Made by a program: the position numbers and the translations under genes | Source: Bispira polyomma | Lineage: Eukaryota | DNA: 64,000 nucleotides | Assembly: GCA_965649765.1 (NCBI GenBank) | Contig: OZ287754.1 | Span: 10,478,001 to 10,542,000 of the forward strand | Reading direction: 5' to 3' | The notes under the pieces: generated by a model | Told to the model about the DNA's origin: nothing | The model's database searches: none | What the model saw: only the letters and a program-made list of their open reading frames with translations | Shown: piece by piece, positions 36,412-50,809 of the stretch | Layout of the letters: each line of letters opens with the position of its first letter | Numbering within the stretch: position 1 is the stretch's first letter

Positions 36412-37155
36412 TTAAACCTGGGTGTCACTTTTGATGTAGCTTTTTCGTTCGACACTTATATTGCCAACATCTGTTGCTGCTGCTATTACCATATACGAGA
36501 CATCAAAAGAATCAGAAACCACCTGTCCATGGACACAGCGATAACTGTGGCAAATGCCCTTGTGAGTAGCCGCCTCGACTACTGCAACAGTCTTTGGTAC
36601 GGAGCAAACAAGTCACACAATTAAAATCTCCAGTCCATCCAAAACTACCTATGTAGGGTCATTTTTCGCCTGGGTTGTCGCACAGACGTCACTCCTTACC
36701 TCAAAAAATTACACTGGCTGCCCATTCATTCTCGTATTTTGTTCAAGATTCACGTTACTACTTTTACGGCTGTAGTCACTCAACAGCCCCCCTACATTGC
36801 CTCCCTTCTCTCCTTCAGTAACCACAAGAGAGGCAACAGGCTCTCTGTCTCTTTGGTCAGACCAATCAGGAAGGCGGGATCCAGAGCGTTCTCCACTGCA
36901 GCTCCACGGTTATGGAACAGTCTCCCAGTCGACCTCAGATCAGTTGACACACTTATCGGTTTTAGGAAAAAGCTTAAAACCTATCTTTTTAATCTTGCCT
37001 ACCCACCTTCGCTTTCCTCGTGCACGCTCCCACTTCCTTCCTTATGACCTTGCAATGTCCATGGACTTAATGATTGGACCAATGATTCTGCTGTTGCGCT
37101 TTAGAAGATGCTTAGCATCAATAAGGCGCGTTAAAAATTCATAATAATAATAATA
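36412..37155 (+). mobile_element. L2-clade LINE 3' fragment
   Basis: NLGVTFD...ALVSSRLDYCNSL...LHWLPI...GSRAFSTAAPRLWNSLP...FRKKLKTYLF, with one stop; (aat)n tail. Confidence 0.9.
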
Positions 37156-40100
37156 TTAACTTTATTGTTATATAAAATCAAAAGCGACTCAGAAAGCATT
37201 TCGCAAAATGACTACTTTCAGAAATAATACATACTATAATATTCATAACTATGTATGTAAAACGGTATAATTTAAAAATGCTGCACCATCAATAGAAGCT
37301 CTTTTCACATAATGTAACAAGAAAGCAATACGTCTTTTCACTTTTTGGCCCCCCCCCCCGTGGTATCTTGGCGGAAGTATGCACTCCACTAAAATGTTTG
37401 ATTGGAAGGTCTAAAGTTGGTCCTCCAGCCAATGCCACTATGGGATTCATTGGTGGGGATAACACTAATTGGGCAAGATGTGAATTCACCATTGCCTACT
37501 CTACTGATGACTACCCAGGCTTGCAATGTTGTAGGACTATACCTTTTGATGAACCATTGCCTTAGAAGATCATATATATTAATAGGGTGCCAAATAAATA
37601 CTTCAATAATAAAATAATTATACATTTAAAACATGTGATGATCAAAGCCTATAAGACCCAGAACCCAAATGTGAAAAATGGCCAAACTTGGACCTTGTAG
37701 TATGCTTTGTCTGTAATATGCTATCCTTATTCTACATGTGATAATGAAAGCCTGCTTTAAGAATCAGACCCCAGTGTGAAAAATGGCTAAATTTGGACTT
37801 TGTAGTATGCTATGCTGTGCTATGTTATCCGTATTCTTTTTGCTGGAGTTGTATCATTACATTTTGTGACTTAAAGTGCTATTTGTCATTTCCGTTATAT
37901 TACTTTTTTATTTTTAAAAATTCACACCAAGACACTTATAAATGTACTTTTGTGTATTCAAAGTCACCTACAAAGCCCCTCTAAAATTAATAAATAAGTA
38001 AATAAAATATGAAGAATCCTAATCCTGCAATAAGCCAGCTAGTGTATTTAGCAAATATTGTGGTGCCCTGGGCGATAAATAAGGTTAACTGAAAGCTTAT
38101 GGTTGAAAAATAAACATTTGAGTCTTTTCCAGAAAACTGACATGTGTCAACTAGTTCTGCTTTATCCAGGGGAAGAGATTCCACAAAGCTGATGCTGTGT
38201 GACAGACTGATTCAGTAGTTTTAGTCAGTGTGTGTCTAAAAATATCTATTCATGACTGGATTAAAGCCAGAGTATCTCTTACAACTTCCGGTTTGTGTGG
38301 GATATATTAAGACAAGAAGTTATACACTTCATTCATTGGTTGTTAAAAAAGTTAAACTATTTTACAAACAATGTTTTTAGCAATACAAATGTAAATTACT
38401 GTGACAGTTTAGTGTTGGCAAACAAAATACTAACACCACTAGCATTTTACACATTTAGTATTCATCACGTGTAAATTAAAAGGTCAATGTGTAGAACGTA
38501 TGTTGATACACAGCCATACAATGTAATATGTAATCAGTCGATTTGTTTCAAGTTTAGTCCCTCCTACGATTATGGGATATGAAGGTGGATAAAGCCAAGC
38601 ATTATTACTTCTGTCTAGAAGGTCATGTTCCCACCTGTGTCCAGTGGTTTATGTGACTTTTTGTTAGTTCAACAATAATAAACACAACTACTGATTCGAT
38701 TTACATGAAATTTGGCGGAGAGATGGGGCACTTTGGTTAAGTGTATGTCTCCATGAGTACCATTTACGATTTGCGATTGCGATTTGTTTCCTCCTTATAA
38801 ATTACATACAACTTTCTCCACACACGCAAATCCATTAGGTTTATTAAGTACTCTTTCAATTTAGAGGGACCTTCAGAGCTGTTACTAATGTAGGTTTGCA
38901 CCCTATTTATTCCTTCATGTTGGAAAGTTTGTCAAAAATCTTGCAGTAGACTAGTGATTTACAGCACTTCAGCACTGGTTTACCCCACCATTAAATCTGG
39001 GTGTCCTGATATGAACTGCATTGTTGAAAAAAACAAACTATTTTTAAATACATTAAAATTTATGTGAAAATTAGATCCGAAAGGTTTCTTATACTCATAG
39101 GTACCGGGATTGCAAGACAGCCAAAGAGGATTAACCTTTCCGAACAAATTATTTAGGAGTTTTTCCTGCTGGGAAGCTGTAACTTACATAGCAGAGTGGA
39201 ATGTTCAATTAGTGTAGCAATATTACAATAAATGGGATATTTTTGTTTCTAGTTGATAGGTGCAAGCTGATTGTCCTTGTTTTGTTCTTGTAAATGATTC
39301 AGATGTAATTGAAGTACTGTTGCTTGTTGACAGACATTACTTTTGTTATGGATTCCTTTTTAGGGGACCAAGAATGCTCCTTGGGATAGTTTCATGACCA
39401 AACTATTTGACCTGTGGGAGGAGGTTTGAGACATGCTATGGTGCATGCAGTTCAACATCTTGGTATTGATAATTATAAACAGATCAATGAAGTGTTTATC
39501 AGAAAGTGATTCTTACATGATACACAATCAACACCTTATCACACACGACAAGTGTCCTGCTAAAAATAGTACCAAGTATGTGCAGTCTAATGTTTTTGGT
39601 GTTTTATCATTATAAATGACTCAAAAAGCTATGGAGTGTTATTGCTACTATGGTGTTTGCTGATATTAGTATACGTCTAGTACATGATAGAAATCAAGGG
39701 TAATTTAGATCTATATAAACATCTTGTCACTTAACCATAGATGTCGATCAAGTTGTTATCTTAGTATGGACCTTAGTAGTGTATTACTGACGCTGTCACA
39801 AGTAGACCCATGGAGTTTTTTGCTACAGCCAGCTGTGTTTACATAATCTAAATTATGTTGTATTAGAAATTTTAATGTGCATTGGTGATGCTAGTGGGCC
39901 TGTTCGAAAGAGAAACATTAAAATTCAATAAACCCAGATCAATAGTGTTTTTATGCATCTAGCATATTCTAGCTTTTGGATGTTCTTACGTAGAAATACT
40001 TTCGTAAACAGCTATATAACTGTCAGATAATGCATATGGCTTATGTCCCAATGCTATCACCAAATTAATGCAATGGAGGCAAGGTGTGTTGTTGTAAAAT

Positions 40101-41249
40101 TATTTCTTACACGAAAAATATTCACCTTTTATCTATTCTGACATATTTAAACTTATTTTCTATGGGTAACAGACTATATTATGAAAATTACACACAGGAA
40201 TTAAATTGTGTTTTTTCTCAAACAATCCCAAAGCAGTATCTGTAAGGGATTGCGTTTGCATGCTAAACAATGACGTCATGAGGATGGTTGTTAGATTCGT
40301 GTTTTCTTTGTAAAGAATATTTTAATTTAATTTCAATACTTTATTTTGATTCACTTTGAACATGGAACAGTAAATCAACAACTGTTTATATGTAACATAA
40401 TGAAACATTTCAAGCAATCTAGTACTACGAACAATGTAGAAGTATAGATGTAAAACAAATGGTTGTAGGTTGTCTCTCTTTTTTGTAAAATTTGTCTCCA
40501 TAAATTGTAATATGTTATTTGATTTGTGATTGTCATACTATAGCACTGTATTTTGGTACAAAAACAAATAAAAAAGCCAAGCAATAGCCCCCAAAAATAT
40601 AGCCAGATCACAAGGAAGGATACAGCATGTGACCACAAAACAATCCTGAAGCTGAAAAGTGTTTTTTTTTTGTGATATAAGCTCCACTAGTATTATAACA
40701 TTATTAATATCACACTTTTTAACGCTGATTTTCATTGTAACGAATTCTAAATCACAAAAAACCACAAACAAAGCAAAAAAATCTTTGAAGATTGGTGGAA
40801 GGAAGTCGTGATCAATACGTCAACTCAGATCAGGAAAGAGACTATGTAGAGAATGTATCATTGAACAGATAGCTAGGTCTATAAACTACGCCGGAAGGAA
40901 TGCAGTAATGGAGTTGTTCTAATGTGTTGAGGTAATCTATTTTATAGAGTAGGAGCATCATTTGCCAAACTTTTATCAAAGTGAACCTTAGACCTGTGTA
41001 CTTTGGACTTATATTTTAGAACATGAAGGAATTTATTTTTGGAAGCAGTTCGCTTGGTATTAACATTATACACTTGTAGTAGCACAAGTGTTTTTTTAAG
41101 TATTTAGGCAAACCCAAATCAAGGGTTCACTTCCACACTATTGTAGCACTAGGGGGATATTCTATAGCAAAAGGGTTGCTACTGGGAAAGCCCTAGATCC
41201 AGCCCTTCAGGTGTGTCTGGTAGAAGAGGTTAAGGTTTATATTTTGATG

Positions 41250-41466
41250 AGTTTTTATGTTGCTTTCAGCAGCTTACGTCATATCGCGATGGCCAGATTT
41301 AATGGTCGGAGGAGACCAGTGCTGAAGCCACTGTAAAACACTGGTCGACGACAAGTACCAGACAAACTTTCCCACCTGAAGGAACAAACAGGATTAGAAC
41401 CTACATTTGGTGAGAGACCACTGACTTTGAAGCTAATGCTTCTCACCACTTGACCACTGCAGCCCC
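41250..41466 (-). mobile_element. Older tRNA-SINE related to family A (other copies at about 3040-3235, 5945-6185, 48352-48580)
   Basis: Shared core acaaactttccca and head ggtgagagacca...accact.g.ccactgcagcccc. Confidence 0.6.
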
Positions 41467-44400
41467 CTTTTAAGTGTACTTTAAATTCTTCTTTTAACTG
41501 TGCTGAAAGACAGAAGGGTGACTAATTAAGACAGCTGGTGAATCACTAAGAACCACAGCCTTAAAAGTAGTGACATTGACATTGAACAAATGTCTGTGAT
41601 GAATGCCTGTGTAATTGTTTAAGGTAGAGAGTGATACTATGGTTTTGTAAGATGTAATTCTATTTAAGCTTGACAGGTCGCCTTAACTACTATTTTCCTG
41701 GGCCATATTAAAAACAAAAATAAAAACCCCCCGAAAACAAAATTCACAGTTAAACTCAAATACTAGCTGTGTGCAAATCCTTGTGTAAAAAATAATCTAT
41801 ATACTTAAAACCATTGACATTTTAGAGACTAAATGTACAAAAGTACCTACATTACACCCTACTTGATTTATAATGTAATATACAATCTCAGTTTTTTTTC
41901 AATAAATGTCTACACATTTCCCTTGTATTAAATAAAAATCTCCATGGGGCATTTTGCTCCATCAAGATCAGTAGTATATCTCCATTAACATGGCCTATGG
42001 CATGTATTTTGTTTGGGACATTGTCATTAAACTTTCCTTGATTCATCTCTTCTATTTAATTGTTTTTTAATTTTTACTGCACTGATAAACCAATAGATGA
42101 AATGGGGGATACAAGGGTGATTACGTCATGTTGATGTCACAAGTCATGTGATCTATTTTCAGTCAATGTATCCGCTTATGTCACTGTTTGCACTTAACCA
42201 GATGTTCAATTTTCTCAACTAATTGTTGTGTCATCAAATACTTGAATATTTGCTATTTAGATACTTACACACTACCACCACTATAAACTAATATAGGTAA
42301 TCTGAGGCATAGTAGGCACTTAAAGGAACATAATATAGATGGCTACTAGGTTTTTTTTGGCTGGAAAGTTTATAATTTAAGAATAATACACAAAATATGG
42401 CTTGTCACAATAACTTTCAATTAAAAACCAACAAAAAAAGATTACAGGTTTTGAACTAAACAAATAAGTATACTTTTATATTTATTTGTTCATATATTTA
42501 TGTGTTCATGTTCATCATAGAGTAATTTTTCAATGTATAAATGTTAAAAAATATAATAATGTAATATCTCACCACTGCTTGTAAGAATGTAAAATTAAGT
42601 GACTTATAAGCCTATTGGGGCTGTACAATTTTTTATTTATTAATACACACACATGCAGTATATATATGTATAAATGTGTATGTGTATTGTCATTTTAGAA
42701 TGACCTCAATTGGTTGGCAAATATAATATAAACTACGTATATAATGTAAAACTATAATGTAATGTAGAACCACCGTAAGCAGGATTGTACAATCAAGTGA
42801 CTTATAAGCCCATTGCGACTGAGCAATATTTGTATATATGCATATTGTATGTTATTATGTCAGTATAACAAATAAATAAAACATACCGCATCACACAAAC
42901 ACTTCAATTAGATTTAAAGTCAACAAGTTCTTACATATTCTAAATTTGGTATAATATCAAATCCCACTAAAAGGTAATTTTATCTGCCTTAACATACCAC
43001 AAATAAAGTGTCAACACCTAGCATGACCCTAGTCTTTCTTTAGAAATTAGTGTAATAAATTATTTTGTAAGTCAAGAGACGCAGAAAAGAAGACGTTTAA
43101 TTCCTTCTTGATGACATCAGCTTAGTGGGCATTAAAATAAATCGAATTCTACTTCTGAATTCTATTTTTGGTTAACTACAGTGTCATTGAGCTCAGCAGG
43201 TTATTCTATATGTATGTCGGCATTGACATGTGGAGCTATTGTGTCATCCAAAGGAGTACTTCTAAAAATATTCAGGGTTTTATTGCCAAAAAACCCCACA
43301 TGTCTATTTTTAAATCTTATGGCTGTGTAAAGTATGTATGTTCTTCAGTCAGTACTTGAATATGTGAATTTTACTTGTATGTGCAACCCTGTGTTTCATA
43401 TATTAATATTTTTATTGAAATATTTATCTATTTTTCCATTGACATATGATCCCCTAAGCCACTCATTCTCTAAAACGGATAGATCTACAACATACCCGGA
43501 GTCGTAATCAGTAGGCAATGGCATGTTTACATCTTGTCCAAGGATCTTATGGTCCAATAAACCTAATACCTTTTATTTAAACATTACACAACACTTGCTT
43601 GTGTAGATTACTCATGTATACTCTGATTACTCAATAAACTCAGCTGACTAATAATAACAGACTTTTCAATCCATCAATAAGTTTAAAAAAAAAAGTGGTT
43701 TTTACCCAAACGAGAACTGCGTAGAATTTGTATTGAATTTCTGATGCTTTTTATTTCCTTGTTGTTTAAATGACAACACGTTGGAAAATTTGTTACATGG
43801 AGGCTCTCATTGAATGACTTTAAAGAGACAGATGTCCTAAAACGAGAACCATAATCATAATGCTCCCCTATGATAGACATAGATGTCCATAAACGAAAAC
43901 AAAATCATAATGCTCTCATATAATACAATACAAATATATTGGTGGTTTGAAACAAACGGCAAGGCAAAAGAGTTGTCCATTAAATAGCATTAAGCCATAT
44001 ACTCCTGTAGTATATTATAATTATACTGTGTAGGTAAAAATTGTCACCAGGAATCCATTTTATCTTTTTGACATAATGAGCTTGGATAGTGAAAATTAAT
44101 TCACAAAATTTTTTTATTTATATTTATCTTTTCAACTAACAATTGACCAATAGTGAAAATTAATTCCATTGAATTTGTTGAGAATTGTAAAACAGTAAAA
44201 TTTCCCTTTCAGCTAAAATTTAAACTGATGCATAATTTCTAAAATCAGACTAGCTCTTGATATTCAAAAGATTATAAAAACAATGATCCAGTTTCACAAA
44301 GTTCTCGTAAAATTATACTATTTTTCATGCCCTCAACTTGACCATTTCAAAATGTTTAAATTCCATGTTGTTAGCCCATGTGGTGACTTTATTCAGGAGG

Positions 44401-46510
44401 ATATTGCTGCTCAATATATGAAGCATAGATCCCACTTTGGCAATTGGGATATCTCAATAAGATTCTAAAGTGATGTAGATTGCTGGTGATCAGCTCGTAA
44501 TCAAGGTTTACAGTAGCAATAACATTGACTTAATTTTTAAAATTCTAATTTTGAATTTGAATTTGAGATATTTTGGTGTTTAATTTACAATTTTAGATTT
44601 TTACAATTTCTTTTACAAAAAATGTATATTTTTCTTTTAACGTTTGAGTCTTTTCTTGAAAACTGACATGGGTGAACAGGTCCTGATATCCAGAGGAAGG
44701 TGATGTGAATCATTCAGATATATTTAAGCAGTGATGCTTGCTTAAAGAAATTGTTTTTTTATTTTTATGGACACCTGTTTAGGGAACCAAGATGCTCCTT
44801 GGGATAGTTTCATGACCAAACTATTTGACCTGTGGGAGGAGGTTTGAGACATGCTATGGTGCATGCAGTTCAACATCTTGGTATTGTTAATTATAAACAG
44901 ATCAATGAAGTGTTTATCAGAAAGTGATTCTTACATGACACACAATCAACACCTTATCACACACAAGTGTCCTGCTAAAAATAGTACCAAGTATATGTAA
45001 TGTAAGTTAATGTGTTTGGTGTTACTAATAGATCACTCACTGCGGATAAATAGTTTGGTAAACTCCAAAAGTATCTCGCATATAATCCCAAAAGGCTACA
45101 TCCCGAATGTACACATCCCACATTATTTAAATCAAAGGGGGCTAATGTGTTAAAATTATTTCTTGTACCTAAAATACTTACTTTTTACACAAATATTGTA
45201 ACATAGTTAACTTACTTTCTATGGGTAACAGACTATATTGTGAAAATTACACATTGGGTTTTCCCCTACAATCCCAAGCGGTATATGTAAGGGCTTACGC
45301 TTGCCTGCAAAACAATGACGTCATGAGAATGGTTGTTAGATTCTTCTTTTCTTTGTAATGTATATTTTAAGTTTATATACAATATTTAATACTTTATTTG
45401 ATAAGTTTTGAACATGCAAAAGTAAATCAACAATTGTTTATATATATGCAGCATGATGTATAATTGTCATAGTTTAAACACACAATCTAGGACTACAGAC
45501 GATGTAGAAGAGGTTTACATATGTATAAAACAAAAGGTTGTAGGTTGTTTTTTGTATTTGTTTTTGTCCCTAAATTTTAATACATTACTCCATTTGCCAT
45601 GTGGCATTGTTTGCTCCATAAAGATCAGTAATACATTTACATTAATATGGCTTATGGCCTGTAGTTCATTTGGGACATTACAATTAAACTTTGCCTGATT
45701 CATCATTTCTATTTATTTGGGGTTTTGATTTTTACTGCACTGATAAACCAATAGATAAAATGAGGGATAGCAGGGTTAGGACGTCTTTTTCACGTCACAA
45801 GTCATGTGATCCACTTTTAGTCAATGTACCCGCTGATGTCACTGTTTACACTTAAACAGATGTTCAATTTTCTCATCTATTTCTTGTGTCAACAAGTACT
45901 TAAATATCTGATATTTAGCTACTTACACACCATTACAACTATTATTAACTACCATTGTTAATCTGAGGCATTACTACAATTGTGGTTTTTTTCTGACAAT
46001 TTCATGATTTAAGAATAGTACACAAAATGCGTCTTGCTGAAATAACCCTCAGTAAAAAAAACTAACAAGTAAACATTAAATGTTTTAAAGTAAATAAATA
46101 TGTACATTTCTATATTTATCAATACAATATGAAGTAACTGTTACCGTTCTGATTAAACAATGTATAAATCTGTAAACATTATAATAATGTATTATCAAAT
46201 CACAGCTCGTATTGAGAGTGTAAAATTAAGTGACTTATAAACCGATTGGGGTTGTGCAACTATTATTGATATACATGTACTACAATATTTGTGTGTATAT
46301 TGTTATTTAAGAATTACCTCAATAGGTTATCAAGACTGTAAAATCAAATGAATTATAAGCCCCTTTGGGGCTGAGCAATATTTATATATATGCATTGCAT
46401 GTAAAATGTTATTATTGCATGCCACTACATTAAATAAATAAAAATTACCAAATCACACGAACACTTCAATAATCAAAGTGACAAACAAGTTCTGACATAT
46501 TCTAAATCTG

Positions 46511-46752
46511 GGCCCGTATTCTCGAACGTAAACTCAGCTTAAACTCATACTCAACTCAAATATAGGCCGTGTGGAAATCATTGTACATGGAAATAACCTA
46601 TACTTGTGACCATTCATTTTAATAGAGCTTTTAACCCTGAATTCAAATATCAAGTCAGATTTGAGATATATTTACCGTATTTAGAGATATAGAGATTCCA
46701 GATTTGAGTTGAGTATGAGTTTAAGCTGAGTATACGTTCGAGAATACCAGCC
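46511..46752. mobile_element. Palindromic MITE with CTG TSD (PIF/Harbinger-like); second copy at about 11646-11884
   Basis: Long TIRs; TSD ctg at 46508-46510 and 46753-46755; empty paralogous site at about 42941-42960. Confidence 0.8.
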
Positions 46753-47620
46753 CTGGTCTAATATCAAATCTCACTCAAAAGTCATTTTAAATCATCTTAT
46801 CTGACTTAACATCTACAACAAACAAGGTTTCAACGCCTAGCATGACACCAAGCTTTCTTAAGAAAATATTTTGTATGTTAGGCGATGCTGAAAAGAAGAC
46901 GTTGAATTTCTTCACAATGACATCAGCTTAGTAGCCATTAAATTAATCTAATTATACTTTTGAATTCTATTTTTGGTTAATTACAATTTCATTGAGCTCA
47001 GCAGGTCACTCTATATGTATGTCAACATCAAGACGTGGAGGTATTGAGACATCCAAAAGATTACGTCAAGAAATATTCAGGGCTTTACAGCAAAAAATCT
47101 GTGGTTTTTGTACATAAACACCTCACTCTATTTTCATCGTAGGATTCTGTAAAATATATATGTTTTCCAGGGCACTTAAACTGAATTTTAGTTGTAAGTG
47201 CAACCATGTGTTTTATTTATTATTAAGTATTTATACAAATACCAATTGATATGTCATCCTCAAAATCACTCATCCTCTGACCTGGGTAGACCTACAAGAT
47301 AGCCTGCATAGTAACTAGTGTCATATCAGTAAGCAATGTTATGTTTACATCTTGTCCTAGGATAATATAGCACAAATAAACCTAACAGCATCAGCAGGAG
47401 TCAAACCGGAGACCTTTCAATCTCCAGACCAAGTGTCCCAGCCAGGAGTTGAACCAATCTCCTTTTAATCATATAACTAAATTCCCCATTCTAGAGTTGA
47501 ACCAGGGTCTTTTTGATCACCAGATCAAATTGCTAACCAGACACCACATCGTTGACACAATAACACTCAATAACCATTCAAAATGTCCACAAACATTCCC
47601 AGTTTTTTTTTGTTTTTTTT

Positions 47621-47777
47621 TTGAATTGGGATGTTTAACATCCACTCTAGTACCTGTTTAGGTTATATTGGGACGGGTAGTTGGAAAAGCTGGAGGAAAC
47701 ACTGCATACAGTTGATCAAGGTTCTGCACTGAAACCAGCGGCCCACAGTAAGGAACTACCATCTTTCCCACATAGGC
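47621..47777 (-). mobile_element. SINE family A, 5'-truncated
   Basis: Near-identical to 4592-4748. Confidence 0.8.
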
Positions 47778-50049
47778 CAAACATCCCCAGTTACTGCTAT
47801 GACATCAACTGCCCAAGACATATACGTACCAAATGTAAGTTGGTGGATAAAAATTCCTTGAAAAAGGAAAAACAGCTATCGGGCACTCAGTAGAGCGCAT
47901 ACTTCTACCAAGAAAACACAATACTACCGTCATATACCCAGTTCTGCTTCAATATTTAATGGACTCTTTCCTGAGCCATGCTACATACCTCCACCAAATT
48001 TCATGTAAATCAATTAGGTAGTGTTGATGATTTTCCTGGTGATAAAGAAACCAAACATCCAACGGACATATGGCATTTCTAAAGTGTTCTATCATAAACC
48101 TCGGAAAGCATATGGAAATCAGACGTTTCTAAAAAGAAATCTAATATGCCCTGCCAAAATTATTGCTGTCACAATTTATGAGCGAGCTGTTTTTTTTATT
48201 ACATGACTGCTTATCGTGTTGGCAACACACTTGCTTAATACAGACGACCTGGGTTTGGTCCCAGTCTAGGACTATCAGCTGCAGGTCATATTCCCAGTGT
48301 CAAACAAAATTATCTTGGACCGGTTGATAAATGGTCCACCACGAGCCTTGCAGGTGCAGTGGTGATCTAGTGGTTATAAGTGCCTACTTCAAAATCTTTG
48401 GCCTCATACAAATCTGGGTTCAAATCCTGTCTGTTCCTTCATGTGAGAAAGTTTGTCAGGTACTTGCTGTAGATCGGTGGTTTACATTGACTTCAGTACT
48501 GATTTCTTTCACCATTGAATATGACCGTTGTGATATCATCCAAGCTGTTGAAAGCAACATAAACCTAATTAAATTATAAAATTCTAAATTCCACAAACCT
48601 TGCTGTTCAGTTAGGTAAGTGTTGGTTGGCTATATATGGTCAGCCAAGAAAAGATCAACTAGTGCTTTAAATAACAGATAAAGGGATGCCAAAATACATT
48701 AAGTACAAAACTTTCAATAGAATAAAATACCACATATGTATGACATTTTCAGCCTGTGAGAATGTTTTTTATGTAGCATTTTAAATAAATATGTATCAAG
48801 GCATGTTTTATTTGCTCTATTGATAGAAAACATGAACAGGTTACGTAAATATCCTTGTTACCTGCTATTTACACATTACACAACACTTGGTTGTGTAGAT
48901 TACCCATGTATACACTGATTACTCAATAAACTGTGCTGACTAATAGTAACAGACTTTTCAATCCATCAAAAATTTAAAAAAAAAGTGGTTTTCCCCAAAG
49001 AGAACTGCGTAGAATTTGTATTGAATTTCTGATGCTTTTTATTGCCATATTGTAGAACTGATGACACTTTGAAAACATCCTACATGGAGGCTCTGATAGA
49101 ACTAAACTCCCCATTTGGGTCTTCTAGCTTTGTTACAATTTACTCTCTTAATCCCCCTCACTCCCAGCAGGACATACAACCTTTACCTATGCTCTCGTTT
49201 ATTTCTTAGGGTAAAAATTATACCTGTCTACAGGAAAAAATATGGTTTCATACCATTCAGCCTTAACAGTCCTGTAACAAGTGGCACGTCTTGGGTCACT
49301 CATTTCTTCTGATCCCATTAAATGCCTATATGATAGCAGTCTTTGCTATTTGTCTTGGTACATCTTGACAACATGGACTAGTTTTCCTGGCTATATTGTC
49401 CTTGGGTCTAAAAGTGGAGTACCAACCTTGGGTCCAAGAGTGGAGTACCAAGCAAATAAGAGGTGATAGAAAGCTAAAATCTACCTGAGAATTGAGTAAA
49501 ATTGCTTGAATTAAGCTAATATATAATAATGATTTAAAAAGTTTATATTGCTTTGTGTTTTTGTATCACCATTTATACATGATATGCCTGGTACTCTAGC
49601 TTAACTGTAGCTCTGATAACCAAGACACAATAATCGCAGAACACATCTATGAAAAATTAATTACTACATCTGATAATAAAAAAAAAGATACATTAAGTTG
49701 TGGTGACCTTATGCCCCAACCTCAGCGTAAACTGTACAGACAACCTGGTAGGTTTCATACTATAATTACTAAATAAATAATTTACCGCAATCTGTTTCTT
49801 TGTTAACTATCTATCAGAACTTAAACATCGTGACTTGTAACCCTGAGAAACTGATAATAAATAAAGATATAATCTGGATTAAAGTGTATACACATACATA
49901 TAACACATTTAAAATATAATTATATGTAACAATTATTTTGGACACATTCCTGTCTTTAAAGTTAGTACATGTATACATCAATTAATAGACACCTGATGTG
50001 TTTCATATTTTTGCATTTGAAAATTAAATTTTAACCATTTTTTGAAGAC

Positions 50050-50350
50050 ATTTAAAGCTCCACCTATAACTAACTAACTCTGTTATTACTGGTCACACCT
50101 GTACTGTATGTGCCCCTCACTTCACTGGTTAAGACTGTGATACCTGTGAGTTGGTGGGCTACTCTGTAGCATTTAAATCTCCACCTATAACTAACTAACC
50201 CTGTTATTGCAGGTCATACCTGTACTGTATGTGCCCCTCACTTTACTGGTGTAGACTGTTATACCAGTGAGTTGGTGGATTACTCTGTAACATTTAAATC
50301 TCCACCTATAACTAACTAACTATGTTATTACAAGTAAAACCAGTACTACT
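50050..50350 (+). repeat. Orphan copy (~2.4 units) of the 15800-16510 EGF acceptor array
   Basis: Same unit: atttaaatctccacctataactaactaac...gtcatacctgtactgtatgtgcccctcac...gtgagttggtgggctactctg. Confidence 0.9.
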
Positions 50351-50809
50351 TGGCCTCTCAATAAAGGACTCTGAACATATATAACATTGTGGCCTTATAA
50401 TCCTATATGTACACATTATGTTATAATATACAGCTTGTTGCATTGGGTTTAGTCTCAACAAATGAGAAATTTACAATTGATACAATAGATAATTTAGTGA
50501 GTACTTGTGTAAAAGAAAGTACTCTGAACAAACTAAATATGCGTTACTATATCTACACTACTTGTTTTGACATATTTTGTAAAGTTGGACATATATTGCA
50601 GTGACTTTACTAACTCTTAGTAACATTGAACAGTGTTTTAAATATACAGTACAAACTCTATTATACAAACTTTTTTATCCAAATATTTGATTTTACAAAC
50701 TCATTTTCACTCTCATAAATTTGAGTTTTTTTATAGTTTGATACAAAAGTGCATTTTATGCTTTATGAACCTTCAATTATCCAAACAAAATGATACTATT
50801 GCAATATAC

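Larger units (their letters stand above)
44640..49095 (+). repeat. Duplicate of the non-coding block at about 38110-43810; a third partial copy lies at about 57235-64000, interrupted by the Gypsy element
   Basis: Collinear matches, e.g. 39361/44780, 40155/45212/63840, 42070/45730, 43580/48873, 38300/57240, 39090/62598. Confidence 0.8.

Noticed and set aside
50407-50604. Repeated 65-aa ORF (also 53476-53673)
   Set aside because: The similarity reflects a recent DNA duplication; AT-rich, no domain, and not open in the 28680 or 52906 copies.
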